Positions 10,795-24,400 of a DNA stretch of 64,000 nt are shown here, one piece after another. The position numbers and the translations under genes were made by a program. The stretch lies in assembly GCF_036321535.1 (NCBI RefSeq), contig NC_087437.1, positions 91,452,001 through 91,516,000 of the forward strand, given 5' to 3'. Each line of letters begins with the position of its first letter. Within the stretch, counting starts at the first letter, position 1. Below the pieces are notes generated by a model. The model saw only the letters and a program-made list of their open reading frames with translations. It searched no databases and was not told the DNA's origin. Source of the DNA: Camelus dromedarius. Taxonomy: Eukaryota.

Positions 10795-13700
10795 TGGAGC
10801 TGGTGAGTTGCTGAGTCTATCACTTGCTATTTTAAGGTAGTGTTTAATTTTGTTTCTTTATTATTCTTGCAGGTCTTGTTTGCCTCTGCTTCTAACATTC
10901 CAGCACTGAGTTCACAAATGTCTGAACTTGAAATCCATTTCTTTTTTAGTCCTTATAATTATGAACTGATAAACACAATTTAGCAGCTCCTCACATGGCT
11001 GGATCATGGAGTCATATCAGTGAAGTCTGATCCAAATATGGTGTTTGAAGCTACAAATAATGCTATCTGGAGTTCTCCAAAGGAGCAGGGTGAGAGACCT
11101 TAGTTAGCTTCCCTGGGAGTAAGCTTAAGGTTTAGGCTTGTTATAATAAAAAGATCATTGTCCTATTATTCATAGTTTTGTTCCCATTCTTTATGTACAA
11201 GGAAATTTCCTGTCTGCCCACTTTTGCCATGAATTTGTTATGAATTTTACAAACTTTCCTACACATTTTTTGAAGCAACATTTTATTTTGTGTTTAATGT
11301 ACTTAAATCTTTCTTCCAATCACTCCCCTTGATCTTACTATGCTGTTATTTAGCAAAGAAGCCTCTACAATATAAAATATTTTATGCATTTTGACCATTT
11401 GTCTTCTCATCCTTTTCTTTACTAAACCAAGCTTAAAAGTTTTCTGACTGAACACATAAGCCCGTGTCTTCCCTTACTTTTGTAGAGCCCTTTTGTTTGT
11501 TACAAAACTTACTGACTTGATTGTTTCCTTTTTGGGAGCAGAGGAAATTTTGGACAAAACCGTTTATTGGGCAATATGTGCTCTTACTGCTTTTATGCTT
11601 TCTAGTCAGTAAGGCATCGTTGTTTTCCTTCCTAAAACTTAGGTTTCCTTTCTTTGACACATATCCTTGACTTCATTCCAGAGTTACCTTATGTTTTTAT
11701 CAGCCTTCCAGCAAGATATGTGTTAATCTTCTAATAAACTATGCTGTTGGCAGAAAACCAGAAGGTATCTCCCAGGGAGTCATTAGAGTTTCAAAAGAAA
11801 CATTTAGTCATAAACTTTTTTCAAAATTGAAACTATAAAACTTCACAACTAATCACATGTGATAAAGAGATCATTTTGGATACATTTTCCCAGTCTCAAA
11901 ACCTTAAACCTCTCCAACCTCTCCAAAAGTTTGCCTAACTGAACTTGTTCTCTTTTTGTGAGGGAACCTAAAATAATTTGGATGCATGGGAATTTTCTAA
12001 GAATTAGCTGCAAGTATACAGTAAAAAAAGATTTTCACTGCACATAATGATTAATTCGAAGTCACTGCATGAAAATGCCTTTAGGTGAAAACAAAATATT
12101 GTTCTTTATTTTATGTGTAATACTAAATATGCATGCAGAAAGAAGTGGCCTGTTTATACACTTATTTTATATGGTTTCCCTTGAATTATCTTTTAGTGCT
12201 TTGTTAATTTTCTAATTCAATGAATGCAGATAAATCCTAATATTCTCATTAATCACAAATAAATATTCCAGATAAAGGTTAAAATTAATAACCAGTATTG
12301 CCACTTTGCAACTTTAAAGTGTTTTATAATTTCTAACAAGGCACTATGGCACCTTGGTTACCAAGAATATCAATATCACCACATTGCAAGTTTGCTGATA
12401 GAGTAGGGAAAACTTCTTGACACATTCTAGCTTTTAAAACAAAGATACTGTGACTCATAATTTCCTGAGATTAGTTAACTGCCCTTTGCTGCCAGTCAAA
12501 TCACATAGATGGTGCCATCAACAGTAACAGTTCTCAGAGATGCTACGTTTGCAACCTTGGCAAAGTAAAAAATATTGTTCCGAATCAAAGAAAATTTTCA
12601 ATGGTTGGAAATCAATAGTCAAATTTAATAACAAAACCAGAGTTTAGGGACTGTGTATAACACGTTGTAAGTTGCATTTGAAGTTTACTCAGAAGATATA
12701 TCCATGACATGAATATGTGTATGTATTCATGATATGTCTTGTTCCAACACAAGTATTACCCTAATGTAAGCATTTGTGTTTAGGTAAATTGTATGCAGGG
12801 TTGACATTTCATGAGGCTTGGAATATTCTCATACATGTACTGACACCCTATAACTTCTGGTTTACAATTCCTTTAAGCCTCTGTTTTGCTTAAACAAGTA
12901 TAATCTATTAACAGTTTGTTTGCAATATCATTATTTGGAGCGTAAGTCCTTACAACAAGGATTGTTTTTCAAAAAGGTGAGGAAGAAAGGGGAAATTATA
13001 GATAAATCAAGGATCTAGTTTTTGTTGTTGCTGTTCCTGTTATTCCTTTGCTATTGTTAAAGAAGTATCAAGTTGATTTGAGAGAGTAGGGAGAAAAGAT
13101 TTATGAATGAAAATAAAATCAAGAGATCTCCTAGCCCATCCCTCTTCTGCTCTCTCTTGGCCAAAATTCCTACAGGATGTGATCTGGCTGGTCAGAGCTC
13201 TTCCTGCTTAATGTGGAGTTAGGAGAAACTGGTTCTGAATAAATTGAGGATTAACTCTAAGGGTGAGTTAAAGGGGAAGTATATTGTTATGGGTGGAAAT
13301 GACTGAGAAGGAGACTTGGAACTGTTTTCCTTGTTGCAGAATAATATTTCTGAATTTAGCAAATGTGTAATCCTTCTTCCATGTTAAATAATTCTAAAAT
13401 GGATACACTTTCAAACATACATCAAAATGTATGTGTGTGATCAGGGCACTCACCCATTCAAGTAGTGGCTTGATATTGAAGTGACCAAATAAAGAGTGAA
13501 ATGTCTGTAGAAATATTTATACAAACTGAAAGATGTTGCTACAATGAGTTATCAATTAAATTATAATAATTTTTGACTTCTTGCACATTAGCTACTTCCG
13601 AAATTCTAAGTTCCTATAGTGATTTAATATCTCAAAGGATGTCATTTATACAAAAGATTTAGGTGCCATTTCTCCAGTCCGTGGTGTGCGGATGTGATTG

Positions 13701-16349
13701 TGCTTCTTAAAGCAACTGCAAAGTAACTCTACATGCAACAGACAAACACATGCAGACTTATTACTATAAATGTATTAGGAGACAAAAACACAGACATACA
13801 GGAAGTTAGGTGGAAAGGTAAGTATGGGTGGTGCTTTGTTATCTTAGAAAGCACAATGCTATAAGGCATTCACCTTGCTCTGTATGTATTGGTGGACAAA
13901 AAAAAAAAAAAAGGATATTGCTATGTGTGTATTAAGGAATTACAGTTAAAAAGAAAAAAAAAAGGGCTGAGGACATTCTCCAGCTAAGGTGAAGAGATAC
14001 AATCATCAATTGAAATATGTCAGGGCCTAACTGTCATGTGAAAATAGAAGAAATGGTCATTTGTTTTGCTTTTAAATGAGTAAATGAATCTGACTGTGAT
14101 TTCATAGTTTATAAATAAGTATGTAGGAAGAAGCAGAATCTGGTAGTTTTATGTTAGATTCTCTGTTACACCCCAAACATACATACACACGTGCAAACAA
14201 AAAGACAAACAAACAAACAAAAAACTCCACAAACACATATATACAACTATATAAAGAGCTTCTAAGCTTTGAGACCAGAAAGAGTTGGAAGGAAAAGTGG
14301 AAAAGATCCTGGTAAGGATCATTGTGAAATTGGCTTACAATCATTAAATTTACCAAGATTAAAATTCACCAAGATTATTAAATAACTCTCCAGAAAGTTT
14401 GGAGATTCAAGGGCAGAAGAGAATTGTACCCTATTTCCTTTCTGGAATTCTGAACAAAGGCATTCTCGCAGGCCTTCCTCACATCACAGTGGGAGGGGAT
14501 CAACAGAGTAGGTTTGGCTTTGTAACGGGTAATTGTGCCAAAGTGGCATTTCATCATTCTGAGGAAGCACTAGTGAGTTTCTGCTGTTTCTCTAAGGAGA
14601 GCAGAGAGTGACCGTATGTTCGGTGCTACCGTGGGTGACACCCAGAAGTATTTAGGAGAGATAGCAGGCAGATTTGACAGGTATCCAGATCATGCAAGCA
14701 TGTGCTGCCAGGAGATGCAGAATGGAAGGTAAAAATTGATGGGAAGATGAGGGTAAGAGCATCTCAGGGCTTGATTGTGCAGTGAGGTGAGGACAGGTAA
14801 GAATTAGATACAACCTTGTGTTCACATTGGGTGATGTAAGTTTGAAAAGTTGTTGACTTGCCAAGACCAGACACATCTGCCTGATGTTATAATACCAACT
14901 CACACAAAAGAATGAGAAGGAAAAAACCTAAGTGCTTTAAACTTTGGATTAAATGTTTTACATTGAAGGAAAGTTCTATTGTTTCTATTTAAGGAACAGT
15001 GTCTAGAGGAATCAAATTGAATTTTAAAATATAGAAGAGAAACCAAAACATGTTCTTTAAAGAAAAACTAAATTATGGAGAACTGCAATTGGGAGAAAAA
15101 TCAGAATACCAATATTATTGATATTTAAGAATATGTGTGCTTGGACAATGCATATACCCCAAGACACCAAGATGAGTAACTCTGGAGGCCAAACAAAGAA
15201 TCAGGTGGTTACAATCAAGATGGAAACATAATTTGGAAGCATTTACTTCTTTGAACATTAAAGAGAATGTAGTACCCTGGCCATCATGAGAAAACCCTTT
15301 ACTGCCAGCAAGGGGCAAGGAGAGAAAGTTAGAGAGCAAGATGGTATCTGTTGGACTGCTTTATTCAAGTAAGGGATCTGTTACAAGATTCTTCACTTTA
15401 GCAGTGGTAGAGTATTTAAAGGATGAAAAAGTGAAGGTTTCAGTGTTTCATGTTGTGTGATTTAGAACTACCATACTTTACAACTTCAAGTTTAAAAAGT
15501 TAATTGGTAAGAGTATATATCTGCTTGTTTTAGAAATAATTATACATCTGTTGAAAATAAAGCATACACACATAATAATCAGGCTTGTTGCCATAGTAAA
15601 TACAGTTAAAATGACAGTTGCTTTTAGAAACAGTTCATATTCTTTTAATAGAGGATAAAATAAAGTTTTTTCCTCCAAATACTTAGAAATAAGTTATTAT
15701 ATTGAAGATAGTGTCATAAATAAAATTTAGATTATCACAAATAACAATTATTTACAATTCTAATAAAAGAAGCTATTATAAATATTTTATTGGCATGATT
15801 ATAAAAATCAAAGTTATTAAAACATGGTCGCTAATAGGAATATAATATTCCTGATATACATTAAGCATAATTTATCTAATTAGAGAATTACTTTTTGGAC
15901 AATCACTAAACCTAGTTGAAGTAAATTAAGATTGCATTTCATTATGCTTATTTTATCTTGAACCCAGGTTTTGATTACTTGTTTTAAAAATATAATTACA
16001 TTTTAAAATATCTTATTTCCAATCTTTACATTTTTATTTATTGAATACATAAATATGACATTAGCTTGAACATTTTATATAATATTAATCTATAATATAA
16101 AATCATTTTATTAACTTAAAATAATTCAGTATTATATAATGTGATGATTAATGAGTCACAATGTAAGTTTAAATAAAATTAAAACACATGTTTTCTATAG
16201 TTTCAAGTAATTCTTTTGATTAAAAATTTGTTTTAATTGAAGCATTACATTTTAAGAGTGAACGTATAATTCTTCCTCTTTTTTTCTTTTTCCTTTACAG
16301 AAAAGCACTGTCCTTTCTGTTCTCAGAATTTAGGACTCTCTGAGCTCAC

Positions 16350-16711
16350 CATTAGGGACTGAATGTTGTGTCTCCCTCAAAATTCATGCTGAGCTTTCAG
16401 CCCACCTTGTGATGGCATTAGGGGGTGGAGTCTCTAGGGAGTAATTGGGTCATGAGGGTGGAGCCCTCATGAATAAGATGAGTGCCCTTATAAGAGGAGA
16501 CCAGAGAGTTTGCTCTGCCTCTTTCTTGCTCTCTGCCATCTAAGGACACGACTAACAGTGAGTTGATTGTAAACCAGGAAGAGTAGCTTCATCAAAAGAC
16601 TATATTTGCCGTAGCCTTGATCTTGGACTTCCCAGCCCTTAGGACTGTGTGAAATAAATTTCTTTTTTTTTTTTAGCCACCCATCTATGGTATTCTGAAC
16701 TGACTTAGACA
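16350..16711 (+). mobile_element. MaLR LTR, MLT1A-like
   Basis: ggactgaatgttgtgtctccctcaaaattcat...ggtcatgagggtggagccctcatgaat...ccttgatcttggacttcccagcc...gaaataaatttct. Confidence 0.85.
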
Positions 16712-17051
16712 ACAAACATAATAAAAATTACACTTATATAGATCAATGGGGTGGAAAAAGTTTTTTTCTGTCCTCTAGAATATCTTGAATTTGGGCATAT
16801 AAAAGAGAATGTTACTATTTTTTCATCACATGCAATCACATCACATAAAACCTATCCCTTTTAAGTTGTACTCAGCTTAAACACTATCAAAATCACTAAT
16901 CAGGCATATGACACTGAACATTTTCTTACATAAAGTGAAAGTTTACATTTGATGTATATTGGACAGATGGATCTTTATAATTAGGAGTTAAAACTTGTAT
17001 GTGTGTATGTGTCCGTGTGTTGGTGAGGGTTGGTTTCTAGATTGCTTTGAT

Positions 17052-17185
17052 ACAGCAGAAGTTCTCAACCCTACTTACATCTTAGAACCACCTGGTAGTC
17101 TTACCCAAAAATCACCTTTGCTGGCCACCTGTCTCCAGGGATTTAATGGGGAAGGGTAGGAGCTGAGAATTGATATAATTTTCTA
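17052..17185. mobile_element. MER5-like hAT-Charlie fragment
   Basis: cag..gttctcaaccct...cattag-like/gaaccacctgg pattern of the MER5 terminus, heavily diverged. Confidence 0.5.
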
Positions 17186-17291
17186 GGACTGAAAAATAGT
17201 CTATTGCACAGTGAGGGTTAAGAGCCACTTGCCTACATACGAGTCGATAGCAGCGCAGGATTTTTCAGTAATTCCTGCTGTCTCTGGTGGC

Positions 17292-17315
17292 AGAGAGAGA
17301 GAGAGAGAGAGAGAG
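17292..17315. repeat. (AG)12 microsatellite
   Basis: Direct reading. Confidence 0.95.
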
Positions 17316-18934
17316 TAGCTGGGATTAGCTGGGGAGAGCTGATCTCTCCCCTCTGGCCAAATGGCAAAAACATACTTGTTTTTTGCCCTAGTCAGGAAAC
17401 AGATGTTGAGAGTGAGGGAAATCATTTGGGAACCAAAATCTATTTTGGGCCATTCCCCTTCTGCCTATCTGGGTAAAACCTTGTGACCTATCACTTCCAA
17501 TAGCTCTGGGTAACTTTGAGGTGCGTTAGACAACAGACTGCCACGCTTGCTTTATACATTCTCCTTTTCCAGTATGTGCACATTTAGATTTACTCTTCAA
17601 CTCTTTCTGCCGTTAGCCTGAAAAGTAATAAAGATTTGGCATCTGCAATAAATTGTGTTTGTCTTTACAGGGAGCATTAACATCTCTGTTTTAAGGTATC
17701 ATAACAGTTGTTGAGCTGTTTTATGTCATGTGAAATTCGTGACCATGTAATGCCAGGACAAAAGTGAACAATCAGAAATATGCCGTTTTTACATCTGCCA
17801 CAGTGAGGCTGCATGTATTTTTTTATACAACTGCTCTATATTTATTACTTTATGCAGATGATCTGGCAAGACCCATTGGTATTTTCATATACAATTCTAG
17901 CTTCAAATTTGTATACACTGAGTTTGAAAGGGTGAAAATGCACTTGATGGAATTATCAACAAATACCATCAGTACCAACTATATATCAAACCAAAAAGGA
18001 TCATTAAAAACAAAGTCCAAGTAACTATTTTTAAGAATTCATCTTGCTTCTAGTTGGAGAATGTGTGATTCTTATTTTGATTTAATACATCTTAATTTTA
18101 AGGAGATGATGTGTATAAATTGTGACCCTTAAGAATAACTGCAGCAGACTGGGCTGTCATGTCTCCTTTTTGTAAGTTTTCCCTTAGGAAAACAAGACAG
18201 CTGGAATTCTGTAGGAGCTGCCTTTCAAACATATTTAGAGAAACAGAGCTGAGCAGTGCCACATGTGGCACGTGGTAGACATGGAGTTGCATCTTCCAAA
18301 TCGTTTTTCCAGGAGAGGTTAGTTGCCCTATTATGTGTGTGCTTGTGAGAGGGGTGCTCAGCACACAGCCTCCAACATCTCCACCTCCTCCCCTGCTGAC
18401 CCTGGCAGAGTCCTAAACTGTATCTAATAAGGGGGAGGAGGAAAAACAGTTGATATGAGAAAAAGAGAAATGGTAATGACAGTGATTTTGATCTGCCAAA
18501 GTCCTTATTTATGGAAGGGACACGATGCTAGTGCCTGTCCTCAGATGGTTTATTGGTACAATTCTGAGCTTCAATGTCATTTCTGTGGGTAAGGAGAAGT
18601 TTTACAAACTGAATACGATAGAAATGTTGAATAGAAAAATGAAGCGCTCTAATCGAAATAATCTTGTAAACTTACATTTAAATGACTACCAAAAAAAGTC
18701 AAGCAACTGAGGAACTTTTTATCTAGTTAAAGGGGGAAGAAACACTCCATACTGTATATATTTTAAAAGGATGATGGGAAAGAAAATACATGTGTGCTTT
18801 GATTATGTTATTAATCATGCTTCAATATATTCATTATTTGTATTATAAATATTATATATAAAGGTAAACTTTATATATGAACATATGTTATCTTTTGGTA
18901 ATTGTAAAGTTTCGCATAAATGTCAAGTGTAGAA

Positions 18935-19053
18935 ACAGCAAGAAGGCTAGGGCTGTCACTGTTTCATTCAGTGATATAACGCCATTGTCTGAAAAAATGT
19001 TGAACACATAGTAGACATTTAATAACTATTTTTTGAGTGACTGAATGAATGAA
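18935..19053 (+). mobile_element. L2 3' terminal fragment
   Basis: ...cacatagtagacatttaataactatttt...tgactgaatgaatgaa terminus. Confidence 0.65.
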
Positions 19054-20467
19054 CCAAATAATTATTATTGGCAGGCTACTTAGTGTATCTTTCTACCTAA
19101 GGTCAAAATAGTATTCTCCATCCAGTATGTTCTTTTTGTTTTTGCAAAACATGCTATAATATGTATAATCCTACTTTTTAAAATTTTGCTTTTATTATTT
19201 TCTCTATTTTAACAAATCTTTCTTCTCCTTGCCTATCCAAACTTTTTGCAAGTGTATAGATCTTCAACTCAACCAGCCCCAAACACATTGCCTACTAGCT
19301 CTATTTTAAAAATATTTTTTTGCAATAATGTATATTTGTTCCAAACCATGTAATTTTATTTTGGTTTATGGTGGGAATGTTACAGTAACACTAGGAAACT
19401 ACTGTAAATATCATTGAGTTGTCTTATCTAGATAATAGTAAGTGATCTGCATTAAGTCAAAAACAAGGATATCATGTACCCTTATTTATATTATTATCTT
19501 TATAATATTGCCCTTCCATATAATGTAAAATTGTTATGTTCCCTCCTCTAAATGATAAGTTAATACTTAAAGGTTGTTTCCAAGATGGTGTCCTACTACT
19601 GTGACTGAACATTTGTTTGGGCATTGTTTCCTCAGTCTATTAAAGTGGAAAGCTACATTTTTTGTTTCCCTGGTCCTTCACTCCATGGGACTGACATGTG
19701 CTTTATAGTTCAGAGATGTGTGAATTGCCAGGCCTACAGTGATTCTGCACTTAGGTTATTTAACTAAGCTGTGGGAGCTTCACAACTAATGATTTGAGTA
19801 TCTTCCCATTATAATGCATTTATTACATGTCTCTAATCTCTTGACAAATAGGACACTTATTTAATATGTTTTCTTGTCTCCCAGTGGACATAGAACATCC
19901 TTGATCTCCAGAGTAAAAAACAAAATAAAACCAACAAAGAAGACACAGAAATCTCAACCTGAAATATCCAGGTTGCCACATGGCAACCAATGGCTGTCTG
20001 TTCATCACCATCGTGCTTTCTATCATGCACGAAGCTTCCTACTTTTTCCTAGCAGCAGAAGCTCAGATTTGTGTATTTTATTAATAGCAAGCAGCCCCAT
20101 GTTGCTGTTTTATGGATCTGTATTGTAAATTCAGATGTTTTAATTCTTTTAAATGAACTTGTATGTATTTTCCCATCTTTATAATTGATTTTGGATAGTA
20201 TGTTTTTACTTATATTTTATACTATTTTTCTTTAATCCAAAATTTTAGCTTACTATATACTACATGTAGCTGATCGCAAAGTGTCATGATTACTATAAAC
20301 CCCAAATATTTTGTATAAATAAGATCTCTGAAGGACAGAGCAGATTCTGAGGGCTAAATGTGGATGGGAAAACACACAGTCCATTCGATTATCTGGTTTC
20401 AAGGATTAATGACTAAAAACATGCCTCATGATTGATACTCCTCAAATTATCAATAAATCAAGGTGTA

Positions 20468-21470
20468 CATTCAATCATATATTCTACAAATATTTATTGA
20501 CTAGCTAGGGACTGAAAGTACCATGTTAATATCTAGAATACAGCACAAACAAAACAGGCATGGTTTTGCATTCATAAAGCAATCTGGTAAAGCACAGATA
20601 ATAAAAAAAAACTTAAATCATGGTGCATTCTCTAAAAGAAAATGATAGTAGGGTTCTGGAGAAAAAAATGGAGGGAGATATACTTTTTTATGTAGATCAA
20701 ACATCTTAGAGGGATGTGGCATATGAATTGGGAGTGATAACTGAAGAAATTGAACGATCAAGCCTGATGGAGAAAGCAAGAAGCAGCCTCCTAGAGAGAG
20801 GGCACGCCATACATAACTTCCCTCACTTAGGAAAATGTGTGTTCACAAAACAAAAGTAAACTAGGACAATATATAGGGAGAATGGGGAGAGTAGGATTAG
20901 ATAAATTGTGACAAGCTGTGGCTAGAACTTGCACATTTTTTTGAAGTTGCCATAAAGAGTCTAGATTCTCTTACCATGTAGAAGAAGGTCCTTGAATGGA
21001 GGTGATGGCCAGTTGCCCCACAAACTGGACCTAGAGAATCAAAGGCTCCTCACCTCCTTCCTGGTCTTTGGAATATACTTTCTGCCAATCACTCCCACAG
21101 TGGGAGCCATTTTCAAGAATGCAGCCTTGAGAGAGCAATGTGTTTGACACCATCTAGATGGTAAATGTGACTGAAACCAGGTTAAGACCTCTGCATAGAC
21201 TTTCAAGATTCTGGCAGGTAGGTGCAGAGATCTACTTGCCTTAAGGTTGCCCGAGACAAGCCTTATGTAAGTTCCCTTGCTCATTAAAACTGCTGCCTAC
21301 CAATCGGGAGTGGTCAGCCTCCTCAGTTTCTCCTTGCCCTGCTTGAGTACGCGGCCAGTTTGTGACCCAACAAACTTTTGCAATGTGATGTAATTTTCTA
21401 ATAGGGGAAGAAGCAACCTAATTTATTTTCTTAGACACCATCTTCACAACTATGGAAAAATAGATTTTAG
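20468..21470 (-). mobile_element. L2 3' region, interrupted by an ERVL LTR at 20993-21372
   Basis: cattcaatcat...caaatatttattga...aatacagca...aaaacaggcatgg; purine-rich body; L2-like sequence resumes after 21372. Confidence 0.6.
20993..21372 (+). mobile_element. ERVL solo LTR, MER74-like
   Basis: gagatctactt...gacaagccttatgtaagttcccttgctcattaaaactgc...caatc.ggagtggtc...ccaaca; TG...CA ends. Confidence 0.7.
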
Positions 21471-24400
21471 CCCAGGTGTTCCCATTTTAGTGCCAAAAAA
21501 AGCACTGATCTTGCCATTGTCATTCCTACAGTCAGTAAAGTTGATAATTTAAATGTTAAGCCTGTAACTGTTTTCCATGGAATCCATAAAGTTTTGGGGT
21601 TTTTTTCCAAATTGGGTGATAATAACAAATATTTTTATTTGTCTGCAATTGACTTTTTTTCTCCATAAAATGTTACTTAACCCCAAACAGTGAAAGCATG
21701 TAAAACATAATTTCTCAATTACCCTGTTTCCCCTCTTAGGAAGGTTGTGTGGCTACTATCAATATAGAATATTCTCAGTAGAGATTACTTTCTTTTTCTC
21801 TTTCATATTTTTCCTTTTTCAAAATTCTTCTTTTGGCCTTGGTCTTAAATTGATGCTTTTTTTTTTTTTTTTTTAATGGGTAGTATGATTCTTAACAAAA
21901 GAAGGGATCAGATTTTGGACTCTTTAGCTACTATGTCGCCCCACCCTCATCACATGAATTTGACCCTAAATACATTAAAATACATAAATATGATTCTTCT
22001 TTAATTAAAATGTTAACTCTATCCACATCTAATATGAAGACTGTAAACAGCTAGATATAAGTGGATAATAGATCTAGACAATAGATGTCTCCAATACAAT
22101 GATTGGATTTTGCCAAAGACCTGATTAAGATAATGAACATCACCCTGTTGGTATAAATGAATAATCAAAAGCCAGCCAGCAAGTTATCCTCAAACAAGGA
22201 TCGATATACTCAACACAGATAAAGATATAACGTGAATTGTTTGCTGACACTGCGGTAACGTAATTACAGTACCTCCAGCAGCAACAGCTCTAATGTGAAG
22301 AGCAGCAGCAGCATGGAGAGGAGGAAGAGGATGATGCAGAAAAGGAAAAGGCAGATGGGCACGAATGGGAATAATAGCATCAGAAGCATTGTTAATAGTT
22401 CAAGTGAAATATGAGCATGAATGGAATTCTAGCCAAAAGTCATAGCTGATTGGTCGTAATTAGCTAGGATACTACATGGGTAATTTCTTTAATTCCTTTT
22501 ATTGGCTTCACTTTGGTTTCATCAATTTGGATAATTCAAAATAGGTATTGCTAAGAAGGCATGTACTAGCTACTTGTAAATTCAGTCAAAATTACTCTTG
22601 GTGACAGCTTCAGTGGTTTTATTCGGGTTGGAGGCAGCGAAGTTTAAATGAATAATTAATTCATTAAAAATTATATCACGAGAAATACAGTAACAGGCTG
22701 AATACATTTCTCACCTATAAAATTAATTAATCTGAACTAGATTTGTCTTGTAAACACTTGTCATAAAATAGAATTGACTTAAAGAATGAAAGCAGATGGT
22801 ATTTTTGTTTGCCTAATAATCTTTTTAGTGGAATGACTTATTAATGGAGGACCATGAAACACAGTTGCAACAAAACTTTGTTGTGTTTTCATAAAGTGGT
22901 ATGGAGATTTGTGTAAATTATCTTCACCGAGTTGAATAGACTCTCTTTTGCTAAAAATGTTAGGTAACCATGGACATAATACAATTTTTCTTTGCATTAA
23001 TTGGGTAAATGTTATATAAAGATGCAGACTTAATTATTTAAGGAAGTAAGCAGATGGTATCCCTATTTTGCAGAGTTCTTCCAAGAAACCATGTACTGTT
23101 GCTCAAAGTATTAATTTCAGGTATGAAAGCTAAACAAATATCAGTATAACAGTCTTGTAGTTTCTTTAATATTCATTAGGGTCTATCAAAATATAATTTT
23201 ATGTTTAGTTTTCTTTTAGTTGCCTGGCATTAATTTAAGAGTGCTACTCTTGCAATTTTCAAATTGATTTTCATTACCAGAATAAAAGGATGTTTTTATG
23301 GTTGTCTCCTCTTCTTGCATTTGTTGCTAGAAATCACAACACTTTAATTACATCTTTGTGTTAATGTGCTTAGGACTAGTTCCTACCTCAATAAATCAGA
23401 ACTACCAAATCTGTTCAGTTTACTCAAACAGCAATCAATGCTAATTTCCTTTTGGTTCAGCAATTTCATTTACTTGTGTATTGGAAGTTCAATTATTTGC
23501 AATTACAGTTTCAATGTATTAAGATAAATGTGATATAACATCTAAATTGTAAATTACAGATGCTCAATTTTTATTATTTTGTGTATTGGAACCTATTTAG
23601 AAATAATCTTAGGAAGTGTAAATGTTATTAATTCTAATACTTGTGCATTTTTCCTGGACATGATTTATACAAATATACATATAAACACATTCGCTGTCAA
23701 TGTATACATTTTAAATGATAAAATAGCAAAATGATCTAGCAAAAGTTGGAGTAATTCCAACCATCCAGGCACTCTTCTGTAGCATGAATATTATAACATA
23801 GTTTTTATTCTGTGCTCCCTTTCCAAGGAACTAATTAAAGTTGAAGGATGATAAGCAACTTTATTTAATACCTGTACATTTTCCACAATTGTACACGATT
23901 GACTCACATCTTGGCTATTTATCTAAAGTAAATTTGATTTTCACATTTTCATAAGAGAAAGCAGTGATTTTGAGTCATATTTATTAAACAAAAAAGTGCT
24001 TCTGTGTAAGAAAAAAATTTAAAATTCCAACTTTTTTGAAAAAATGAAAATGATACAGAGTAAGAGTAACAAATCTTTAGAGTGCTATTATGGTAAATAT
24101 TTTAAATATTGTATATCTATATGTTCTACCATAAGGTATATTATTTGTGAGAAGCAACTGACTGAATATTTTGAATAATTTAATACTAAAAAATGAGTTA
24201 TATTTTCTTGTATATGCAGTGAAAAAGATGTGCTGGTCTTACCTTTAAAATCAGTGAAACCTTTTTTTAGATTTGTGTTTAATATTCTGATGAAATTTTT
24301 AAGCACTCCTAAAATAATGTGATTAAGAAATTTCTGCCATAAAGAGAAGGGAAATTTTAAAAACTATCTTCTAAGAAACAAGTTATCTTTGTTTCTTATA

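Noticed and set aside
10845..16310. Isolated strong plus-strand splice sites (acceptors ~10872, ~16300; donors ~13817, ~14796)
   Set aside because: No consistent open exon pairs; frequency compatible with chance
22270..22400. Gln/Glu/Ser-rich coding-like stretch (cagcagcag, gaggaagag)
   Set aside because: Low complexity, stops nearby, no convincing splice sites
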